This document shows, in pieces, positions 31,335 through 37,562 of a stretch of DNA of 37,562 nt. The position numbers and the translations under genes are program-made. How positions within the stretch are numbered: position 1 is the first letter of the stretch; the number at the start of each line of letters is the position of its first letter. Source of the stretch: an uncultured Limnohabitans sp. (lineage in GTDB: Bacteria > Pseudomonadota > Gammaproteobacteria > Burkholderiales > Burkholderiaceae_C); assembly GCA_963923185.1 (NCBI GenBank), contig CAWUNN010000001.1, positions 1 to 37,562 on the forward strand, read 5' to 3'. The notes below the pieces were generated by a model. It saw nothing but the letters and a program-made list of their open reading frames with translations. It searched no databases and was not told the origin of the DNA.

Positions 31335-31347
31335 CAGCGATGGTTTC

Positions 31348-31360
31348 CAAGTGCTTGAAA
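31348..31360 (-). promoter_or_regulatory. Candidate IHF site in the rluC/rne spacer
   Basis: Minus strand TTTCAAGCACTTG, one mismatch to WATCAANNNNTTR, with an adjacent A/T tract. Confidence 0.45.
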
Positions 31361-31827
31361 TAAAAACAGATTAAAGCACGAACAAACCCCGCTGTGAGGC
31401 CGACACCCCCAAATCCAATTTGACGTGTTGCTTGAAACGCAATCCATTGGATGAGGTTGGGGCCGGTGTCTGAACACAAAACGGAATATGTGAATCGCCA
31501 GATTTTTGTACAAGCTGGCGACGGATCCCAAGCGAGAACAAACGCATGATGGTGGTAGGAATGTGGTTGCTGACATTGCTGAACTGGTGGATGCCAGCAC
31601 AGCGGTCGGTGCCTGCACGCCCGCTCACTTTTGCGCCTGCGGCTTTGCCTGCATGGTCCATGCGTCAACGTCAACCCCTGACTCGACTCGCCCTCATCCA
31701 TCATCTCTCGCACCGCCGTCGTCTTTGACGAACGGCCCTCGTGCGTGATTCCTGACTGTTCAGCCATTGGTTTTCTGGGTGTCTGTGGCTCCACGGAGCT
31801 GTGATGTTTTGAACAAAGGAATGCATC

Positions 31828-34500
31828 ATGAAACGGATGCTGATCAACGCCACCCAGGCAGAAGAACGCCGGTTGGCCATCGTAGATGGGCAAAAACTGC
31901 TGGACTACGAAATCGAAATCGAAGGTCGCGAACAGCGCAAAGGCAACATCTACAAAGCCGTGGTGACACGGGTCGAGCCCTCTCTTGAGGCTTGTTTTGT
32001 CGATTACGGTGAAGAGCGGCATGGCTTTTTGCCCTTCAAAGAAATCTCTAAGCAGTACTTTGCACCCGGTGTGGCGCCCAGCCAAGCCCGCATCCAAGAT
32101 GTGATCAAAGAAGGCCAAGAGCTGCTGATTCAAGTCGAAAAAGAAGAACGTGGCAATAAAGGCGCGGCACTGACCACCTTCATCAGTCTGGCGGGACGCT
32201 ATGTGGTGCTGATGCCCAATAACCCTCGTGGTGGCGGTGTCAGTCGCCGCATCGAGGGTGAAGACCGCAACGAACTCAAAGAAGCCATGGACCAGTTGGA
32301 GTACCCCAACGGCATGTCCATCATCGCCCGCACCGCCGGCATTGGCCGCAGTGCACCCGAATTGCAATGGGACTTGAATTACCTGCTCAAACTGTGGAGC
32401 GCCATCGATGGCGCTGCCCAGTCTGGCAAAGGTGCGTTCCTGATTTACCAAGAATCCAGTCTGGTGATTCGCGCCATTCGCGATTACTTCAACTCGGACA
32501 TTGGCGACATTTTGATCGACACCGATGACATTTATGAGCAGGCACACCAGTTCATGTCGCATGTCATGCCCGAGTTTGCCGCTCGGGTCAAACGCTATCG
32601 CGATGACACGCCTTTGTTCTCACGCTTTCAAATCGAGCACCAAATCGAATCGGCTTACGCCCGCACCGTGACCCTGCCCTCGGGTGGCGCCATTGTGATC
32701 GACCACACCGAAGCGCTGGTCTCGGTGGACGTGAACTCGGCACGCGCCATCAAAGGCGGTGACATCGAAGAAACCGCCACCCGCACCAACCTAGAGGCTG
32801 CCGATGAAGCGGCCCGCCAGATGCGCTTGCGCGATTTAGGCGGTTTGATCGTGATCGACTTCATCGACATGGAAGAAAGCCGCAATCGCCGCGAAGTCGA
32901 AAACCGTTTGCGAGATGCCTTGCGCCAAGATCGAGCCCGTGTGCAGTTTGGCTCGATCAGTAAATTTGGTTTGATGGAAATGAGCCGCCAGCGCCTGCGC
33001 CCAGCGCTGTCCGAGGGTGCATCCATCCCCTGCCCACGTTGCGGTGGCTCGGGCCATGTGCGTGACACCGAAAGCTCTGCCCTGCAAATTTTGCGGATCA
33101 TCCAAGAAGAGGCCAACAAAGACAATACCGCGGCCGTGCATGCACAGGTGCCGGTTGAAGTGGCGTCGTTCTTGTTGAACGAAAAGCGCACCGAAATTGC
33201 CAAAATCGAGATCAAGCAGCGCATCAGTGTGCTGCTGGTCCCCAACAAAACCCTTGAGACCCCCAACTACCGATTGGAACGCCTCAAGCACGATGACCCG
33301 CGCCTGGATCGCATCGAAGCCAGCTACAAAATGGCCGAAGAGTTCGAGGACCCCACTGCGGTGACGCGTCGCTCGCAAGAGCCCACCAACAAACAAACCC
33401 CGGTGATCAAAGGCGTCTTGCCCGATGTGCCCGCGCCCATCGTCGAGCCCAAGCCAGCCCCAGTCAAGGCGGTGGCTGCTCCTGCACCTGCCGCCCCTGA
33501 AGCAGCCAGTTCGGGCTTCTTTGGTTGGATCAAAAAACTATTGGGTGGCTCTGCCGCTGCAGAAAAGGCCCCCGAGCCCGAGGTGGCCAAACCCGCCGCC
33601 AAAGAAGAGCGACGCGAAGGCCGAAATGGCCGTGGTGGCCGTGGCGGTCGCCGCAATGAACGCGGCTCTGATCGGGGTGAACGTGGCGAACGCTCAGATC
33701 GTTCTGAACGCTTGAGCGAAGGTCGCAGTGAAAGAGCCCCTTCCGAGGGACGCCCAGAGCGGGCCGCCCGTGGCGAGCGCAGCCCACGTGGTCAACGCGA
33801 GGTGGCCCCAGAGGTTCGCCAAGACCCCCTGAACCCCGAAGCCAGCGCCATCGACAAACCGGCCACTTCAGCCCCCTCAGAGGTCAACCCGGAAGGTCGT
33901 CGCGAACGTGGTGAACGCGGTGAGGGTCGTCGCGAGCGTGGCGAAGGACGCCGCGAACGTGCACCCAGAGCCGAACGCCCAGGGCGCGAAATGGCCGCCC
34001 CAGCCCCCGCTGAAGCAGCCACCGATGTGGCCTTGACCGCCCCCGTCACCGAAAACAACGATGTCGCAGAGGGTGAGCGCCGTGAACGCCGCAGCCGCGA
34101 TCGTTATGGCCGTGAACGCCGTGGCGAGCGACCCGGACGCGATCCACAAGCCGAAGTCATCACCGATGTCGCTGCAGTGCCCGCCACACCACCCAGCCCA
34201 AAAACCGTCGGTGCAACCGCCCCCTCGACGGCACCCGCCCCACGCGCGGCGATGCCCGTCGTTCAGTCGTATCAACTGCCCGTTGAATCCTTGGTCGGCG
34301 TGGCTCAAACTGCGCAACTGGAGTGGATTCAATCGGACCCGGCCCGTGTGGCTCAAGTGCAAGCCGCCATCGCAGCAGAGCCCAAACCCATCCATGTGCC
34401 GCGCGAGCGTGCGCCCGTGGTGGTGGTGGACGAAGGCCCGCTGATTTTGGTCGAGACCCGCAAGGACCTGGGCCAAATCAAGATGCCGTTTGATGCGTGA
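31828..34500 (+). CDS. rne: Ribonuclease E
   Basis: [33 protein letters not shown] Zn-link, amphipathic [15 protein letters not shown]-rich C-terminal region; SD AAGGA. Confidence 0.98.
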   Translation: MKRMLINATQAEERRLAIVDGQKLLDYEIEIEGREQRKGNIYKAVVTRVEPSLEACFVDYGEERHGFLPFKEISKQYFAPGVAPSQARIQDVIKEGQELLIQVEKEERGNKGAALTTFISLAGRYVVLMPNNPRGGGVSRRIEGEDRNELKEAMDQLEYPNGMSIIARTAGIGRSAPELQWDLNYLLKLWSAIDGAAQSGKGAFLIYQESSLVIRAIRDYFNSDIGDILIDTDDIYEQAHQFMSHVMPEFAARVKRYRDDTPLFSRFQIEHQIESAYARTVTLPSGGAIVIDHTEALVSVDVNSARAIKGGDIEETATRTNLEAADEAARQMRLRDLGGLIVIDFIDMEESRNRREVENRLRDALRQDRARVQFGSISKFGLMEMSRQRLRPALSEGASIPCPRCGGSGHVRDTESSALQILRIIQEEANKDNTAAVHAQVPVEVASFLLNEKRTEIAKIEIKQRISVLLVPNKTLETPNYRLERLKHDDPRLDRIEASYKMAEEFEDPTAVTRRSQEPTNKQTPVIKGVLPDVPAPIVEPKPAPVKAVAAPAPAAPEAASSGFFGWIKKLLGGSAAAEKAPEPEVAKPAAKEERREGRNGRGGRGGRRNERGSDRGERGERSDRSERLSEGRSERAPSEGRPERAARGERSPRGQREVAPEVRQDPLNPEASAIDKPATSAPSEVNPEGRRERGERGEGRRERGEGRRERAPRAERPGREMAAPAPAEAATDVALTAPVTENNDVAEGERRERRSRDRYGRERRGERPGRDPQAEVITDVAAVPATPPSPKTVGATAPSTAPAPRAAMPVVQSYQLPVESLVGVAQTAQLEWIQSDPARVAQVQAAIAAEPKPIHVPRERAPVVVVDEGPLILVETRKDLGQIKMPFDA

Positions 34501-34520
34501 AGCCGATTCACGCATGCAGA

Positions 34521-34546
34521 CAAAAGGGGCCTGCGGGCCCCTTTTG
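34521..34546. terminator. Bidirectional intrinsic terminator between rne and trpA
   Basis: CAAAAGGGGCC-TGCG-GGCCCCTTTTG perfect inverted repeat with A/T tails on both sides. Confidence 0.9.
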
Positions 34547-34594
34547 TTTAGACATTGACCATGCCACTGAGCGAATGATTCGCCAGCAGCCGAT

Positions 34595-35398
34595 TCAAAG
34601 CACCTGTCGGATGCCTTTGAGAAACTCAGCCACGGTGGCTGATTCTTGCCCCTGGGGTGCCGATTCGAGCAGTTGGATGATGCGGCTGCCAATCACCACG
34701 GCATCGGCCACCCGCCCCACCGCTTGGGCGGTGTCGGCATCGCGAATGCCAAAGCCCACGCCCACCGGGATCTTCACGTGCTGCCTGATGCGCGGCAGCA
34801 TGGCTTCGACTGCCGAGGTGTCCAAATGCCCCGCCCCGGTCACGCCCTTGAGCGACACATAGTAGACGTAGCCCGAGGCCACACGCGCCACTTGGGCCAT
34901 GCGCTCATCGGTGCTGGTGGGCGCCAGCAAGAAGATCAGATCCATCTGATGCGTTTGCAATGTGCGGGCAAAATCCACACACTCTTCGGGTGGATAGTCG
35001 ACGATCAACACCCCGTCCACACCCGCCGCTGCGGCATCGCGCACAAAAGCCTGTGGCCCATGGTGCAGGTCATGACACTCGACCGGGTTGGCGTATCCCA
35101 TCAACACCACCGGGGTGGTGGTGTCGGTTTGGCGAAATTGGCGCACCATCTCCAGCACCTGCACGGTGCCGATGCCCAATCGCAGGGCTGCCTCACCGGC
35201 TTTTTGGATCACAGGGCCATCGGCCATGGGATCGCTGAAGGGCACGCCCAGCTCGATGATGTCGGCGCCTGCCTTGACCATGGCATGCATCAGCTCAGGC
35301 GTGATGTCTGGCTTGGGAAAACCAGCCATGATGTAGGGAATCAAGGCCTTGCGTCCTTGGGACTGCAAGTGTTGCAGGGTGGTGGCGATGCGGCTCAT
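34595..35398 (-). CDS. trpA: Tryptophan synthase alpha chain
   Basis: [31 protein letters not shown]; ATG at 35398 overlaps the trpB TGA. Confidence 0.98.
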   Translation of the reverse strand: MSRIATTLQHLQSQGRKALIPYIMAGFPKPDITPELMHAMVKAGADIIELGVPFSDPMADGPVIQKAGEAALRLGIGTVQVLEMVRQFRQTDTTTPVVLMGYANPVECHDLHHGPQAFVRDAAAAGVDGVLIVDYPPEECVDFARTLQTHQMDLIFLLAPTSTDERMAQVARVASGYVYYVSLKGVTGAGHLDTSAVEAMLPRIRQHVKIPVGVGFGIRDADTAQAVGRVADAVVIGSRIIQLLESAPQGQESATVAEFLKGIRQVL

Positions 35399-36666
35399 GG
35401 CTGGATGCGAATGGGTTGTTCGGCGCCACCCTTGACCGATTGACCTCGGCAGCTGGGACGGCAATAAAAATCGGCGCTGCTCAAATCGGCCACGGTGCCG
35501 ATGTCTTTGTCGCCACGCCCTGACAAATTGACCAAGATCGACTGATCAGGCTTCATGGTAGCGGCCAGCTTCATGGCATAGGCCACAGCATGACTGGACT
35601 CCAGTGCTGGGATGATGCCCTCGGTGCGACACAGATAATGAAACGCCTGCAAGGCTTCGGCATCGGTGATGCCGACATACTCGGCACGGCCGATGTCTTT
35701 CAAGAAAGCGTGCTCTGGCCCCACACCTGGGTAATCCAGACCCGCACTGACGCTGTGGGTCTCGGTGATTTGGCCGTTGCTGTCTTGCAAAATATAAGTT
35801 CGATTGCCGTGCAACACCCCAGGGGCGCCGCGCTGCAACGAGGCCGAGTGCTTGCCGCTGTCAAGCCCTTCGCCGGCCGCTTCGACGCCGATCAGTCGGG
35901 TGGCCGAGTAGCCGATGTAGGGATAAAAAATGCCCATGGCATTGCTGCCTCCGCCGACACAGGCGATCACCGCATCGGGTTGGCGACCATGGTGCATGGT
36001 GGGCATTTGCTGGATGCACTCTTCACCAATCACACTTTGAAAATCGCGCACCATCATCGGGTATGGATGGGGCCCGGCCACGGTGCCAATGATGTAGAAG
36101 GTGTTTTCGACATGGGTGACCCAGTCGCGCAGGGCCTCATTGAGGGCGTCTTTCAAGGTGCGGCTGCCGCTGTCGACGGGCACCACGGTGGCGCCCAGCA
36201 GTTTCATGCGATACACATTGGGGCTTTGGCGTTTGACGTCTTCGCTGCCCATGTACACCACACACTCCAGGCCATAGCGGGCACAGATGGTGGCGGTGGC
36301 CACGCCATGCTGCCCTGCCCCAGTCTCGGCAATGACGCGGGGCTTGCCCATGCGCTTGGCCAACATCGCCTGCCCAATGGTGTTGTTGATCTTGTGAGCG
36401 CCGGTGTGGTTCAAGTCTTCGCGCTTGAGGTAAATCTGGGCACCGCCCATTTCACGGCTCATGCGCGCAGCGTGATAAATGGGGGATGGGCGCCCTACAA
36501 AATGGGCCAACTCGTATTTGAACTCGCGCACAAATTCAGGGTCGGTGCGGTATTTTTGGTAAGCGGCATTCAGTTCTTGAATGGCATAGGTCAGGGTTTC
36601 GCTGACAAAGCTGCCACCGTAGGGACCGAAGTGGCCGCTGGTATCGGGCTGCTGATATGTGGTCAT
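35395..36666 (-). CDS. trpB: Tryptophan synthase beta chain
   Basis: [47 protein letters not shown]. Confidence 0.98.
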   Translation of the reverse strand: MTTYQQPDTSGHFGPYGGSFVSETLTYAIQELNAAYQKYRTDPEFVREFKYELAHFVGRPSPIYHAARMSREMGGAQIYLKREDLNHTGAHKINNTIGQAMLAKRMGKPRVIAETGAGQHGVATATICARYGLECVVYMGSEDVKRQSPNVYRMKLLGATVVPVDSGSRTLKDALNEALRDWVTHVENTFYIIGTVAGPHPYPMMVRDFQSVIGEECIQQMPTMHHGRQPDAVIACVGGGSNAMGIFYPYIGYSATRLIGVEAAGEGLDSGKHSASLQRGAPGVLHGNRTYILQDSNGQITETHSVSAGLDYPGVGPEHAFLKDIGRAEYVGITDAEALQAFHYLCRTEGIIPALESSHAVAYAMKLAATMKPDQSILVNLSGRGDKDIGTVADLSSADFYCRPSCRGQSVKGGAEQPIRIQP

Positions 36667-36710
36667 ACCGGTTGCTTTTAAGAAGGCGCTCGACTTTGGC
36701 CGAGCGGGGT

Positions 36711-37379
36711 TTAAGAGACGCAGGCCTGTCGGACAGCCTGAACAAAATTCAATATCTTTTGCGGATCTTTGATGCCTTTGGCCGATTCAACGCCCGAGCT
36801 GACATCCACAGACAGCGAGCGTCCCCGCCCCCGCAAGGCGCGCAGGCCATCGACCACGTTTGCAGGTGTGAGTCCACCAGACAAAACGAGGTGAGAGTTG
36901 ACGTTTTGAGGCAGCAGTGACCAATTGAATGTTTGGCCTGAGCCACCGTAACCCGACACCAAGGTGTCCAGCAACAAGGCATCGGCCTGTGAATAGTCTT
37001 GGGCGTATTTTACGAGGTCAAATCCGGCTTGGGGATCTGAGGGGATTCGGGCCGCCCGAATCCAGCGCCGCCCCAACTCTTGGGCCAAATGGGCACAAAA
37101 CCCAGGCGTCTCGTCTCCATGAAATTGCAGCCATGCACCTGGCACCTGGGCACAAGCTTGCCTGACCTCGGCCTCGGTGGGGTTGACAAACAGCAGCACG
37201 GGCGAGACAAAGGCTGGCAAGCGACGCGCCAGCTCGCCCGCACGCGTAGCACTGACAGCCCGCGCACTGTGCGGCCACAGCACAAAGCCCAAAGCCTGTA
37301 CCCCCGCCTGAACGGCCGCATCGACATCGACCTCGCGGGTCAAACCACAGACCTTGATGGGCACAAACTGGGTGTTCAT
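36711..37379 (-). CDS. trpF: Phosphoribosylanthranilate isomerase
   Basis: IKVCGLT, LQFHGDE, GGSG, LSGGL, DVSSGVE. Confidence 0.96.
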   Translation of the reverse strand: MNTQFVPIKVCGLTREVDVDAAVQAGVQALGFVLWPHSARAVSATRAGELARRLPAFVSPVLLFVNPTEAEVRQACAQVPGAWLQFHGDETPGFCAHLAQELGRRWIRAARIPSDPQAGFDLVKYAQDYSQADALLLDTLVSGYGGSGQTFNWSLLPQNVNSHLVLSGGLTPANVVDGLRALRGRGRSLSVDVSSGVESAKGIKDPQKILNFVQAVRQACVS

Positions 37380-37562
37380 GGCAGGGCATCATACCCGGCT
37401 ACCCACTGGGGCAGCCCCCAGTGTGCCTCGTAGACGGGTCCCAAGAAATACAAGCCATCGGGCGCGAAAGTGGGCGCTGCGGCGTCGCGGTCGCACGCCT
37501 TGAGCACCTGTTGCATCCAGTCTGGCGCCTGCAGGCCTTGGCCGATGTGGATCAGGCAGCCC
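37376..37562 (-). CDS. truA: tRNA pseudouridine synthase A C-terminus (runs off the window; not in the ORF track)
   Basis: Hand translation: GCLIHIGQG...DRDAAAPTFAPDGLYFLGPVY...YDALP*; the TGA overlaps the trpF ATG. Confidence 0.93.
   Translation of the reverse strand, partial: GCLIHIGQGLQAPDWMQQVLKACDRDAAAPTFAPDGLYFLGPVYEAHWGLPQWVAGYDALP

Noticed and set aside
31546-31728. 60-aa ORF (and 31506-31748, 80 aa) in the rne leader as a small protein
   Set aside because: No clear SD and no recognisable family; cannot be supported without ribosome profiling
37380-37393. TATGAT-8-ATG as a leaderless trpF promoter
   Set aside because: The hexamer is the Tyr-Asp codons of truA, whose stop overlaps the trpF ATG; translational coupling is sufficient

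Overview
A housekeeping segment, roughly 60% GC by eye, from a betaproteobacterium. The proteins and gene order look like Comamonadaceae, and a streamlined Limnohabitans-like genome is plausible but is only an inference. Bases 1-41 are an untrimmed Nextera adapter. Gene order: cmk 3' end, yihY, DUF2069, FAD oxidoreductase, xdhC, an MDR oxidoreductase, leuB-leuD-leuC, DUF3297, lysS, recO-pdxJ-acpS-nagZ (inverted relative to era), era-rnc-lepB-lepA, degP, a YgfX-like gene, fabF-acpP-fabG-fabD-fabH-plsX-rpmF-yceD, maf, an RsmI-like methyltransferase, S49 peptidase, Rieske protein, HAD hydrolase, rluC, rne, trpA-trpB-trpF and the truA 3' end. I see no transposase, prophage, CRISPR array, rRNA or tRNA gene, and no novel multi-gene protein system. 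The most interesting signals are non-coding. First, the degP-lepA spacer holds 11-bp-phased DnaA-box-like arrays, an AT-rich palindromic tract and a terminator in the apparent lepA leader. Second, several genes have a -10 box directly before the start codon, including back-to-back yceD and maf. Third, there is a REP-like palindrome doublet and a ~500-nt rne leader. Fourth, several conserved operons show clean gene losses or rearrangements.
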